This document shows, piece by piece, positions 8,485-20,700 of a stretch of DNA of 64,000 nt (positions are counted from its first letter, which is position 1; each line of letters opens with the position of its first letter). The notes below the pieces were generated by a model, which worked only from the letters and a program-made list of their open reading frames with translations, searched no databases and was not told the origin of the DNA. The stretch is from Chloropicon primus (taxonomy: Eukaryota): contig CP060760.1 of the NCBI GenBank assembly GCA_023205875.1, positions 62,001-126,000 on the forward strand, written 5' to 3'. The translations under genes and the position numbers were made by a program.

Positions 8485-10305
8485 TCAGAAGGCGTAGGGG
8501 TCCAGCAGGCCGTCCTCGAACAAGTCGTCGAAATCCCCCTCGTGATGACGGCGACGGCGATGGTGATCGGGACTTGCTGGGGGCTGGCCTTGCTTGGGCC
8601 TGGACTTCCTGGTTTTTTTCGCGGTCGTCTTGGGCTTCTTGGCCTGCTGCTCCCTTGTTGCCCGCCCTCCCTTCGCTCGGCCTTGCTCCATGGCTTCCGC
8701 CAGCTTCTCTTTCAGGTCGCCCACCCGAGCCTCGTGCTCCTGCCGAAGAGACCTCAGAGCCTCCTCGCCGGACTGCAAGATCTGCCTCTTGCTCTCCGCG
8801 AAGCCCTTCTCCTTCGCCTGCAGGTCCCTCCTGGCCGCCCCGAGGCTCTCCTCCAGAGCTCGGTGCTTATCCTCCCAGGCGCTCCGCTCGCTCTCCTTGC
8901 CCCGTACCTCCCTCTGGAGCTCCTCCTTCAGGGACTCCACCTCCTCCTTCATCTTCTCCTTCATCTTGGTCAACTCGCTGGCGTTCTGGTTGCTCAGTGC
9001 AATGCAGTACTGCTTCTGCTCGTCCTTGAGGGACTTGAGCTGCCTCCTCGTTTCCTCGCACTCCTTCTTCGAGATCTCGGCCTCGCTCGTCTTCACGACG
9101 AGCTTGGAGGACGCCGAGTCCAAGTCGGAGATCAGGGACGTCAGCCGGGTCGTCAGCTCGTCGTTCTGCACGTTCACCTTGACGACGGCCTCCTCCTTGG
9201 CTTTCAGGGCCTTTCTCAGGGCGCTCGACTGCTGGTCGAGCCTCCCGAGGGCCTTGGAGACGGCCAGAACCCTCTTGCCCATCGAGCCAAGGGCCGCGGA
9301 CCACTTGGCGAGTCGAGAGTTGACGCCATCCTCCCGCTCCTTGAGGGCTCGGAGCATCTTCGAGTGGTGCGACCTCAAGGCCTCCCGGGTGGCCCCGTCC
9401 ACCTTGGCCCCCCTCCCCCTCACCTCCTCGAGGAGGCTCTCCGCCCGGACCCTCTGGGCGTGCTCCTTCTGCCTCAGCTCCAGGTAGTCGTTCAGGCTCG
9501 CGACGGTCCTGGACAGCTCCTGCTTGACCACCTCGTGGTCAATGGTCTTCTGCTTCATGTCCGCCTCGTACTTGCTCCTGAGCTCCGCGAGCTCCGCCGT
9601 GGCCTGGGCCCGGGCGGCCCTCGACTCCTCCAGCTTCTTCTGGCAGTCGCCCTGCTGGTCAGACTTCTCGGAGACCAGGGCCCGGCTCGTCACCAGCTCG
9701 TCCGAGATCCTCTTGTTGACCTCCTTGGCGGCCTCGACCTCGCGGCTCACCTCGGCCACCCTGGCCTCGAGCCTCACGCACCGATCGACGCTCTCCTTCT
9801 GCTGGGCCCGGACCCTGGAGCTCTCCTCCAGGGACTTGGCGAGCTTGGACGTGAACTCCTCCTGCTGGGACTGGCACTTGTTCGTGCTCGTGTTGAGCCT
9901 GAGGTGAGCGATGTCGATCCCCTCCAGGATGCCGTTGAAGTCCTCGAGGTGCCGGTCCAGGCGCTCCTGCTTGAACTTGATGTCCGAGTACCCCACCCTC
10001 TCCGCCTTGAACGCCTTCTTCAGCTCGCTGATCTGATGCTGGGCCTGCTTCAGCTGGCTCGTCAGCTGGCAGTTCGCCGCCTGCAGCTCCACGTTCCTGT
10101 GGTGCTGCTCCTCCGCCATCTCCTTCATCCTCTTGATCGTGATCGCCCCGTCGGACTGCGTGATCGCCGTCACCGTCGTCGTCGACGTCGTCACCTGGTG
10201 GTGGTGCTGCACGCACGCCCCCTCGTTCACCCCCCCGGGGATCCTGCTCGGGTGTGAGTACCCCGCCGTCCTCATCATGCTCGACGGCAGCTCCGACGAC
10301 GCCAT
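8485..10305 (-). CDS. Long coiled-coil protein, putative synaptonemal complex transverse filament protein (ZYP1-like)
   Basis: About 606 aa from ATG 10305, with a central heptad coiled coil and a basic tail. The C-terminus is DFDDLFEDGLLDPYAF and the N-terminal coil begins ELQAANCQL; both resemble plant ZYP1. Confidence 0.7.
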   Translation of the reverse strand: MASSELPSSMMRTAGYSHPSRIPGGVNEGACVQHHHQVTTSTTTVTAITQSDGAITIKRMKEMAEEQHHRNVELQAANCQLTSQLKQAQHQISELKKAFKAERVGYSDIKFKQERLDRHLEDFNGILEGIDIAHLRLNTSTNKCQSQQEEFTSKLAKSLEESSRVRAQQKESVDRCVRLEARVAEVSREVEAAKEVNKRISDELVTSRALVSEKSDQQGDCQKKLEESRAARAQATAELAELRSKYEADMKQKTIDHEVVKQELSRTVASLNDYLELRQKEHAQRVRAESLLEEVRGRGAKVDGATREALRSHHSKMLRALKEREDGVNSRLAKWSAALGSMGKRVLAVSKALGRLDQQSSALRKALKAKEEAVVKVNVQNDELTTRLTSLISDLDSASSKLVVKTSEAEISKKECEETRRQLKSLKDEQKQYCIALSNQNASELTKMKEKMKEEVESLKEELQREVRGKESERSAWEDKHRALEESLGAARRDLQAKEKGFAESKRQILQSGEEALRSLRQEHEARVGDLKEKLAEAMEQGRAKGGRATREQQAKKPKTTAKKTRKSRPKQGQPPASPDHHRRRRHHEGDFDDLFEDGLLDPYAF

Positions 10306-10784
10306 CCCGATCAAAACTCCAAGCAGCAGCAAGCCAAGCCAAGCCAGCACCACCGGAGCGGCGCACCGATCGAACGAAGAACAAGAACAAGAAAAAAAAA
10401 AAAAACAGAGAAGATGCCAAGCGAACGAACGTACGAACGTACGAACGAACGGAAGCAAAACCTCGTCCCTCCTCCACCTCTCCCCTTCGCTCCGTACGTG
10501 CGTTACGATCGATCGCAGTCGCGCGATCGCGATTCTTGGTTTTGGTTGCGATCGATCGATCGGTGTTCGTCAAAAGAAGAGATCGGAAGAAGAAGAGATA
10601 AGGCGGACGAAGAGAGGGAGTGTGTTGTGGAGGGGAACCTTTGGGCGAAGGTGGTCGACGACGAGGGGAGGTGCGAGGTTGAACGAGTGGACAGATCGAT
10701 CGTACATCTTGAGATCTTTCGATCGGTAGGTGGGTCGAGGGATTTGGACGAGGTTTGGGGTACTAAGGGAGCGAGGACTGAGGG

Positions 10785-11843
10785 ATGGCGTCGACGTCGA
10801 CGTACAAGGCGGCCGGGAGGACGAGGAGGGCGGTGTGGGGAGCGGGGCAGAGGAAGGGGTGCGTGTGTAGGGCGGAGAGGCTCGGCAAACACGACGACGG
10901 CCTCTCGCAAGGACAGAGGACCGCGCTGGGAGTGTTGGGCTCGAGGAGGCAGCAAGATTCGTTTGACTTGTTCGACGTGCAAGACCCCAAGCTTCTGAGC
11001 GCGAAGGTGCACTACCGCCCGGACTTTCCGGTGTACGACTGGGAGAGGACGGAGGAGGACGCCGCGCTGGAGAACACCGCGACGCGTATGTACGCCGGGG
11101 CGGGTGCTGGCGGGAGAGGCGTCGTGCAGGCGGGAGGGTACGGAGGGAACGTGTCCCCGCCGGACCTTCCTTCCCTCCTCCTCAACGGGCGCATCTGCTT
11201 CCTCGGGATGCCCCTCGTGACCCAAGTCACGGAGCTCATCGTGGCCCAGCTCCTGTTCCTGAACTACGACAGCGGGACCACGGGAGGGATGAACAAGCCG
11301 ATCTATCTTTACATTAACTCAAGCGGGTCGCAGGAGCAGAAGCAGGCGGTCGGCTTCGAGACGGAGGCGACTGCGATCCTCGACACGATATCCTACGTCC
11401 AGCCGCCGGTCCACACGGTGGCCATCTCCAAGGCGCACGGAAACGCTGCGCTGCTGCTCGCAGCGGGGGCCAAGGGCTGCAGGGCGGCTCTCCCCCACTC
11501 GTCCTTGAAGATAAGCCCGCCGAGGCTGAACCGCGCGGCCGGCAGGGCGGTGGACGTTCAGATCAAGGCCAACGAGCTCGAGGCGAACGCCAAGGTCCAC
11601 GCCTCCCTGCTTTCCAAGTTCTGCGGGAGGAAGGAGGAGAAAGTTTTGGAAGAGATCTCGAGGGACAGGTACATGACTCCCGAGAAGGCCATTGACTACG
11701 GCCTGATCGACCAGGTCATACAACCAAACCAGCTCATGATAGACAGGAAAGACTACGACCAGATCCTCCAGTCCGTGGGAGGGCAGCAGCAGTCTCAGAG
11801 CAGGAGGTCCCACGCGGACGGCCCAGAAGCCGGGGCTGCTTGA
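10785..11843 (+). CDS. CLPR1: Chloroplast Clp protease non-catalytic subunit ClpR1
   Basis: PPDLPSLLLNGRICFLGMPLV...PIYLYINSSG...GFETEA. The catalytic Ser and His positions are replaced (AHGNA, LKISPP). The C-terminal RKDYD resembles ClpR1, and there is a transit-like N-terminus. Confidence 0.9.
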   Translation: MASTSTYKAAGRTRRAVWGAGQRKGCVCRAERLGKHDDGLSQGQRTALGVLGSRRQQDSFDLFDVQDPKLLSAKVHYRPDFPVYDWERTEEDAALENTATRMYAGAGAGGRGVVQAGGYGGNVSPPDLPSLLLNGRICFLGMPLVTQVTELIVAQLLFLNYDSGTTGGMNKPIYLYINSSGSQEQKQAVGFETEATAILDTISYVQPPVHTVAISKAHGNAALLLAAGAKGCRAALPHSSLKISPPRLNRAAGRAVDVQIKANELEANAKVHASLLSKFCGRKEEKVLEEISRDRYMTPEKAIDYGLIDQVIQPNQLMIDRKDYDQILQSVGGQQQSQSRRSHADGPEAGAA

Positions 11844-12078
11844 AGGAGGAAAGAAACGAATTAGATTTTTTTTTGGATTCGAGGACAAGTAGCAGCTTTG
11901 GCCTTTACGGTTGTAATATTAACGCGGAGGAGCGCGTCTTCCATGAACACAAGAGCAGCCTCTTTGTTCCACCGAAACGTTTCCCTTTTCCTTCTTCCCC
12001 TTCCCCTTCCTCCGGCGAGGGTCGTCCCCAACGACACCACCACCACCACCACGGCCTTTTGTCTTCCTCCCTCATCCC

Positions 12079-12549
12079 TCATCGCAACAGGACCCCAATG
12101 CCAGCGGCAAAGCACACGAGGCCCACCCAGGGACTGAGCCTCTCTCCTATCCTAGCCGCCTTCCACAGAATACCGCGAAACCTGCGCTCCAACAACAAGC
12201 ATCAAAACCAACATCATCATCATCGTCATCATCATTCAAACAACAGCAAAAGGGAGAGAAGGGGATGGGTCGGTCAGTTCGACGCCCAGGGCGCGCGGAC
12301 GAGGAAAGACCCAAGGACTCCGGAGGAGGAGATCGACATGGTGTCGAGACGAGCGTCGCATCACGCCACGCCACGTCGCATCCACCCTCCTCCCTCTCTG
12401 AGTGACTCGGAATCCGAGTCTTTCCTTCCTTGTTCTTACCCTTCTCTCGTGTTCAGCAGCGTTGGGGCTCGCATTTTTATGTACGTGCAGGTGCAAATGA
12501 AAAGGACGGCCACGATGGCCAGGGACTGCTCATCGAACAGCGCAGTCAT
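12079..12549 (-). CDS. Protein kish (TMEM167), 2 exons
   Basis: Exons 12549-12440 and 12181-12079 give MTALFDEQSLAIVAVLFICTCTYIKMRAPTLLNTREGFRGILWKAARIGERLSPWVGLVCFAAGIGVLLR. ICTCTY and WKAARIGERLSPWV are Kish signatures. Confidence 0.93.
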
Positions 12550-12722
12550 CCTCGCCCTCTCTCCCCTCTCTCTCCCGTCGCCTCTCGCCTCGCTCGCCCT
12601 CCTCGATTCAAAAATGATCGAGCTGATGCAATGAGCCGAGAGGAGAGGAGAGGACAAGAGGCTGGCTTGGCCATGAATAAATTACAGATTGGATGGGATG
12701 CTACTTGTGTTGTTGCGGCCTC

Positions 12723-14103
12723 TTAGGTCCACAAAAAGTCTGTGCACAGGGACATGTGATCGCTGGGCCAAAAGCTGAAACGAATCCACGATCGATGGAT
12801 AGACACGGACGGATAACGGAGTCAGTGCCACTTGATCATCTCGGGGGGCGTGCGCGCCAGTGAGAGAGGGGGGGGTGCTCCCGTGTCTTACCTGCTTGGC
12901 AGCAGACCTCCGCTCCTGCCATTAGCCAGTACGTTGTAGCTCACAGGGAGGAGAGCCGAGAGGGGCAGGAGAGAGCTCTCCTCGGCGCACCAGATGTACT
13001 TGGTGAGAAAAACAAAAAGAAAATGAAAAAGTTAGCCGCCACACCGTGACAATATCGAGAGGGAGGCAGAGAGGGTGGCTACTCACATCCACGGTCCCTA
13101 GAAAGCGTCGATGGGCACTTGTGTACTCGGGCTCGGCGCCATTCACAATTTTGTAGGCGCTCGAGAGCTTGAGCTGATGGGTGGCGATCCTCTCGTCCTC
13201 GCGACCGGTCGCCACGCGCAGGTTCTCCGCCGACCACTTGTTTGGATTCCCCTGGTTTCTCTTCTTGTTCTTCCTCACGAACTGGTGGTCCTCTACCTCC
13301 TCTTCCGGCAGGCGGAAGCAGTTTGGCTGCGAGGCGGCGCCCGAGGAGCCGCTGCCGCTGCCGGGAATTCCTTGGACTTGCCCCGACAGGTACCGCCTGT
13401 CGTGCGACAAGCAGTCCAGCTCCCCGCTCGCGACGAAAGTGTACACAGGGGACTCCGGGGCAGAATTGAAGTCGCCGCAAATGACGATGTCCTGGCCGAC
13501 CCCCTCTGCCTCGGCGATTCCACCCAGCGTGTCCATGAGGACGCGAGCTTGCGCGAGCTTGATGTCCCCTCGCTTGGGGTTGAAGAGGACGTGAATATTT
13601 CCCAGCGCCAAGACGCGGCCATCGCCTTCCCCCGTGGCCTCCAGAACGTGGCACAAGGCGACGTTCTGCTTCAAGTCGTATTGGGCGAATTCGATGGGTC
13701 GGCAAGCCCTTTTCCTGAAAGCTCCCGCCCTCCAGAAGGTCGCGCAACCCTCCGGCAGACCCGTCCTTGGAACGAAGTCCCCGTGGAACCCCAGGACGCC
13801 CATTTCCCTGCGGAGCGCCTCAAAGCCCTCCACCTCCTGAAAGCAAACCACGTCCGGCTTTGTGAGCTTCACTTCCCTAACAATGCCCCTCAGCCTCTGC
13901 TCCCACGACATGATCCACTTGGGGATCCCCAGGTAGAGCTCCCTGTAGTGCTCGCACGCCAGGCGGTCTGCAAGGATGTTGTACGACATCACCCGAATCC
14001 GCGTGGGTTGCCTGCCTCGTCCCTTCTTCGCACGCGCGAGAGCCTTGGCGACGAGTTCCTTGTACGACCCAACGACGCGCCACTTCCTCCTGCTCTCATC
14101 CAT
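12723..14103 (-). CDS. CCR4/angel-like EEP-family nuclease/phosphatase, 3 exons
   Basis: Exons are 14103-13087, 12998-12892 and 12774-12723. Motifs: MSYNILAD, CFQEV, HVLFNPKRGDIKLAQ, CGDFNS, GTVD|YIW and WPSDH. Confidence 0.9.
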
Positions 14104-14705
14104 CTCGACTGCGACCTCACCTCCTTGCCTCCATGATGATTCTCCGCAGAGGTTGCTCAATCCATCCCTTCGCACAGGTGGTTCCCGGTCACTCCGAGCG
14201 CCAAACGAGTCGAACAAGGTATCTTTGGAAACGTCTCGAGGTGTAGTTTCGTTCAAGCGCACTTTTCCTTTCCGTTACGTTCGAGACGATCACTCTAACG
14301 TTCCAACAAAGCCTCTCCTCCCTCCCCTTCTCCCCATCTCCTGGTGGCGGGAAAGGACATTGATTTTTTTCAAAGGTCAAAGGGGAGACCTTGGCCTTGG
14401 CTCGTGGAGGTGAGGAAGGACAATCGGTGCGCGAGTGTCTTGCCCCCCTTGGCGGTGCAGGGGCCGGAGAGGAGGCCAAGGCCGGGACCAGATCATTGGC
14501 TTGCCAGGGAACCAAGTGAGGCGGCTAGAGTTTGTCGAAATTGTTGTGGTATTCGATTCGATTGGGTTTGTGATGACCCACCCACTGATAATATAGAGGC
14601 CAGAGGGATGGGAGACATATCAACAAGTTGAGTTTGAGAAGGGAGAGAGAGAGTGGGAGAGAGAGAGAGAGAGAGAGAGAGCACCAGAAGAAGGGGCGAG
14701 GAGAG

Positions 14706-17700
14706 ATGGATCCCTTGAAGGAGAACGAGAGCCGGGGGAGTGGCATACCGAGGTTGGATAGGTACAAGCCAAGCCAGCCAGCGGAGGAGGAGGCCGGAGG
14801 CCCTGGAGTGTTGGGCGTCATAAAGAGCAAGAGCAAGAGCGGGCAATTCTTCAGGGTCCCTCGCCCTCCGGCCAAGGGGAAGCCGAGCGCGTTGCCTGAG
14901 CGCAAAGACACCTCCTCGAGGAGGGACCCCTACGAGAGCCACACCGTCAAGGTCCAGATAGGAGTGACTACAGGGGTAGAGCTCGTGATGCTGCTGGGGG
15001 AGAGTCATCAGGGCACCGATGAGCTCAGCCACCACGTGTATTACTTTGTGGAGTCGGAGCCCGCGAACGTGATCCTCCGCAACCCGTACGAGCTGGTGCT
15101 GGTGACCAAGGTGGACTGCGAGGGAAAGGACTTTTTCACAATAACCAAGAGCGGTGTCACCGAGTTCTCGAGGAAGAACGGCACGGAGACGACCCCATTG
15201 CTCGATTGGCTCAAGTTTCGAAACATGTTCAACATGATCAACAAGGACCCATTCAGGTTTCCTCTGATGAAGGCGTTTAAGATCTACAAAGCGTTCTACG
15301 CTTGGAAGTGCGCGGCCAGGATCTGGAAGATGGAGAGCGCCAGAGAGAAGCTCAAAGTCAATCTGTTCCTGCTGAACCCGACGTTCAACCCGGCACTTCT
15401 CCACGTCCAGGAGGTTGTCCTGAGCTGCGGGCTGGAGAACGTCGTGGATCACGCGGATCCAGAGGCGAGCCCTCGGAAGAAGAAGGGAGACCAGAGGCTC
15501 CTGTCGGCGTTCGGCAGCGCCATCGAAGTCTTTCAGAGCAAGACGCGTTTGGAGGGGGGGAGCGGCCACATGGAATCCTTGAGCAAGAGGCTGCACCAGT
15601 GCTTCATCGAGGTCAACAGGCAGATAGGGGAGCTCCAGGCTCACATCCAGATGATCGTCAACACGGTGTGCCACGAGTTCAGCGACATCCAGTTCAGCAG
15701 CGACAAGGAGCAGGACTGGATGGACAAAATCTCGGACGTCGACATGACGGTGAGGGACATCAAGTTCATGTTCCCTCAAAGGAGTCCGAATAGGAACCAG
15801 AACACCTTTCTGAACGAGAACATCGTGGAGATCTTTTCAAAGTCCCAGAACCAGCAAAAGATTATCATCAGCTTCGTGAGGCTGGTGGAGGTGATCATCG
15901 CTTCGGCGATCGCCGAGACGATGAAGGAAACCACGGAGCAAATCCACTCGATGATACTGAGCGAGAACAGGAGCATCGTTACGCTCAAGACGCAGTACGG
16001 TGCCGAGGGGGTTTCCATTATGCCCCCAGTGCGAGGTCTGACGAAGTTCTTCACCAAGTCGTTCAGGGACATGGCCGACGTGAGCGTTAAGCTCAAGAGG
16101 CCCCTCGTTTTCCCGCTGACCAAGAACAACGAGGTTCCCCCGCAGTTCCAAAGGAAGAACTTTGTGGCGCTGAAAGACCTCGTGGATGGCTTTGGCATCA
16201 ACATCGAAAGGGCCGGGGGGCAGGCCGAGGCTCACATTGTGTCCCAATTCGAGGCCCTGGTCGAGGTCAACAGCAGGCTTCTTTCGATCCCACAGTCCGA
16301 GGAGTTCAAGGAAGCGATGAACGAAGCTCGGTACATCTCGAGCGGTAGGGTCGAGGAACTGAAGCTGAACCCACGGACGTTCTCAAAGAATCTCATCGTG
16401 ATTCGGGATTGGCTGGATCTTATCGACGGGACCATGACGGAGAGCCAGGTCAACCCTCTGCTTTTGGATCTGTCTGACTTGAAGACAAACCTGCAGGAGG
16501 ATCTCACGGCGGCCTACAACTTGTTCGTGGAGAGGCTGCACGGCTGCCTGGAATACCACGGCAGGCACATTCTGGACGAGATGGTGTACAACAGCTACGA
16601 CATCAAGACGCTTTCGGACGACTTGCAGCTGTTCGTGGACGAATGCGTCCGAGTCGAGCAGGATGCTTACTCCACGGAGGACAGGGTCAATATCATCGGG
16701 TCGTTCTTCGACTCTTTGAGGAAAGTGCTCAAGTACGTTGACAAGTCTGACAGCTTCAATCAGAGGCTCGAGGAGAACTTCAGTACCGCCGAAGTTCTGA
16801 TGAACGAGGTGGAAAGGCTTTTGCGGAATAAGATCCAAGTCTCCAACGCTACGCAGATCAAAAAGTCGTGGGACAAGTTCTTGGACGAGAAGGCCAATTA
16901 CCTGAGGACCTTGCGGACCTTGTCGACCGATATTGTGAACCACTGCCAGGTCTATATCAACCAACTGCTTTTGACGGTGGATTGCTTCTGCGACGAGATC
17001 CAAGCGATCGAGGGCAAGCTGTCTTCCGACGATTCCTTTGACACTTCGGAGGACATGAAGGACAGCATGCAAAAGCACGTGAGCTTCCAGCTCATGAAGA
17101 TAGAGACGGAGATCAAGAAGAAGGGCGAGACGTCGGACAACCTTCAGGATATGCTCAAGTGGTGGATCAACACGCAAGCGATGCTCCAGACCCTCAACCC
17201 CGGGGGCAACACTGCTGACATCTGGCAGAGGAACGAAGCGATAAGGGCGGCGAAGGAGAGGGGAAAGAGCCTCTTCGAGCACGTCAACTCTGTCTTCCAC
17301 TGGAAGAAAAAGTTCTGGCTGAGCGATATTCTTATTTGGATGGAGGTGTACGAGAGGCTCACTACGATCCGGCCGTTCTCGAGCGATTTGTCTCAAGAGA
17401 CCCTCGCCGAGGTCAACAGCGCGGTGAATGGTCACATTGAGATTCTGAACGAGCGGCTGGACTGGGCGAACAAGTCCAACTTCGTGTGCAAGGAGACGTC
17501 CCTCATCAAAGAGATTGTCCAAGCAGGGGAGGCCTGGATAAACACGCTCAACACCTTCAACGAGATGATCTCGAACCCGAACCACCCCTCGAGCGTCCAA
17601 CTGAGGCACAGGCTGACCGTGGAGATGAAGAGAAAGGGCAAGAGCCTTCTGGAATGCACGCTCGCGGACATCCACGGTCGGAGTGCCTCTGGGTTCTCCT

Positions 17701-20700
17701 TGGAGAAGAACCAAGTCAAGCAGGAGGAAGACAATTATGGAAAGGCGTTGTTCGACTTGTTCCACGTGGAGAGGCAGATGAGGGGAACGTACTTCATGAT
17801 CAACTCGAGGGTCTCCTCAAACGGTTCGATTCACCTGATCACGAACTTCATGGAAATCTTCCAGGCCATCGAAAAGGCTGAACAAGTGATCGTGAACACG
17901 AGCGCCTTGGCAGAGTCCTTGAAGGCGGTTGACATGGGGGAGAACACCAAGGAGCTGCACATAGAGATGAACAGGGTTTCTGACATGGTCCAGGGAATTC
18001 GTTACGGCACGGAGATCTTGTACCAGGCTCAGTCCTACTACTTGCTGTTCAGCCGGCTCTCGGCATCCGTTACATTTTTCAAGTGCGCTGGCCTGGGCTA
18101 CGTGAACGACTGCATCTACATCAAGCAGAGGTGGCAGGACGAAATCATAGGCCCTCTGACTTCTCAGAAGCAGATAAGCATCCTGTCCGCTTCTCATGAG
18201 ATGGACATCATGCTGAGCAACGCAAAGTCCCCGGCCACCGATGTGCTCGAAGCCCTCCACGAGCTCTACAACACCATCGTGGAGGCGGACATCTTGCTTG
18301 TCGCAAGGGAAGCGTACCCAAGGTTGTACTTCATACCGGACAGCATATTGCTTCACTCCCTTGCGTACGAGGACGACCCCCAGAAGCTGCTGAAAAAGTT
18401 CTTCATGCTGTGCTACTCTGGCGTGGCTCGACTGGACGTCGAGGAGAGCGAAATCGTGATGGAGGGGACGAAGAACCAACCCTTGGAGATTCAAGAGAAG
18501 CACATTGTAGCCATTTACGGAGAGCAAGGCGAGCGGATACCTTTGGGCGAGCCTCTGCTGTTCTCCCACGTCGAGGGCGGGGGGATCCTGAGCAAGACGC
18601 CTCAAACCAAGTCCGAAAGCAAGCCGGACGAGCTCACGGTTTGGGCTGTGAAGCTTGAGGACGAAATCAAGGAAACGATGAAGGTCTCTTTGGCGGAATG
18701 CAACGACAAGTTGACCGAGTTGGAAATCGACGAGTGGATCGATTCCTTTCCTCTGCAATCCATATGGCTCACCAACGAGATCATGTGGGTGAAGCACGTG
18801 GAATCCCACCTGCCTGCGAACAAGGGGGAGCTGGCAAAGCTGGGCGAGCAGATGTCCAAGAAGGTGAATCATTTGTCGAACAGACTGGTCCAGTTGTACC
18901 CAGTTGCCCACGAGTTTCAACTCAAGATCAAAAAGATAGAGAGCTTGATCTACTCCGGGATATGCCACCGCGACATCGCGCAGCACTTGTCGGCGTCGCG
19001 GATAGAGGATGTCTCTGATTTCTCGTGGCAGAAGTTTGTCCGGTACTACTGGAACAAGGACAAGAGGTGCTGCTACGTCGCCTGCGGGTTCTCGATGGAC
19101 AACGAAGGGACTGGTTTCGAGTACGGCTTTGAGTATCTGGGAGACAACTTCACTTCACACATGTTCAACCAAGGCCTGTCGATGAGCTCGAACGCCGTTT
19201 TGGGGCTTGCCCATGCAACGTTCGGGACAAGCTGCGTGACCCCTGTGTCGCAAGTCGTCGGTGCAGGAATCCAAAACGAGGCCATCAAAGCCATGGCCGT
19301 CATTTGCGGCAAGCATCTCGTCGTTCAGGATGCGTCTCGGGTCGTGACGAACGACAGCAAGGATTCGTGGGAAAAGTTCTTCCTGGCATGCAGGAAATCC
19401 AAATCGTGGATGCAGCTGATCGGCGTGGACTGGTTTGACTTCGCTCTCGTTTCGAAAATGATGGTTGCCCTGGACGAAGTCCGGATGAAGCTGTCTTCTG
19501 ATCTTGTCTTGTCCAAGGATTACTCCTCGGTGAGGTACTTCGTGTCGACCGACCAGAGGTACGAGGCGAGGTACAGAAGTCACTCGAGCCCACTCGAGAA
19601 GGTTGCCAGAAAAGTTTGTGTCATGGATTGGTCCTTTCAAGTCGCCTTCGAGGCAGCGATTGAGCTCAAGCTGAGGTCCTGCGGACAGAGGGACGACACG
19701 AACATCGCGAAGGAGCTCTCGATGGTCATCTCATCCATCGTGCGGATGATGCAAAAGTACATGAGAAAGGGGGTCGGAATGAATTCGGTGCTGACGATCA
19801 GCAAGCAGATCGTTCACCAGGTGAAGACGCACGACATGGACTTTGGCAATTGCAGGTTTGTCATCCTGAACGCGTTGAAGAAGGGGTTGGGCCAGTTCCT
19901 GTCCAAGAGCAGGGAGGCTCAAGTGGAGGAGCTGTACTGGCAGCTTCTCGCGGGCCACAGGGACACTTTTGGGGAGGAGGAGGCGCTCGCCAATTTCGAT
20001 TTGGACACGGAGACGGACCTCGACTTGAACCAGTATCTTCACAAAGATCAGCTGAAGAAGGGCTACGCTTACTACAGCGACTCGTTGAAGCAAAAGTGCC
20101 TGCAGATGCTAGACGCGATTTCTGAGGACAAGAAGAGCATCCTCGTCGCCGGTAGCCCCGGTTCCGGCAAGTCGGCCCTCATCAAGGCCGTCTTCGAAGC
20201 TTTCGAGACGAAGCTGATGAAAAACAAAAACGCGGTGAGGAGGATCTACACGGAAGCAGACTTGGAGGACATCAATTTCTTGGTTTCCAACCACCTTCTC
20301 ATTGGCGCGAGGGAGGCCCACAGGCTGAAGTTGCTTCTCGTGGACGTCAAAATAAGTGGCGGAACGGAGGACGCCAAGGGGCAAAAGGAGCGGAACGTGG
20401 ATCAGAACATCATCCTGGACGGAATCCTGACGAACCAAGCGACCATGAAGGCCCTCAAGGAAAAGGACTCTGCGGAGCTTGAGGGATACTCGAACATTCC
20501 GAGGCTCATCGTAGAGTGCATCTCGCTGGAGAACGTGTCGCCGGCCCTGTTGACGTCAGTCCACATGGTTCATTGTGGTCACGCGGAGCTTCTGTCGCTA
20601 GGGAAGTTCTGGGAGTGCTCCCTGGAAGCCTTCGAGGCGCACTTCAAGGGCACTCCCATTGTGGAGGTCGTTGGGGTTCACAAGATGCTCAAAGGAATAC

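Noticed and set aside
12182..12439. Long Kish intron as a snoRNA host
   Set aside because: It contains only a short palindrome (GACTCGGATTCCGAGTC) and microsatellites, with no properly ordered C/D or H/ACA boxes.
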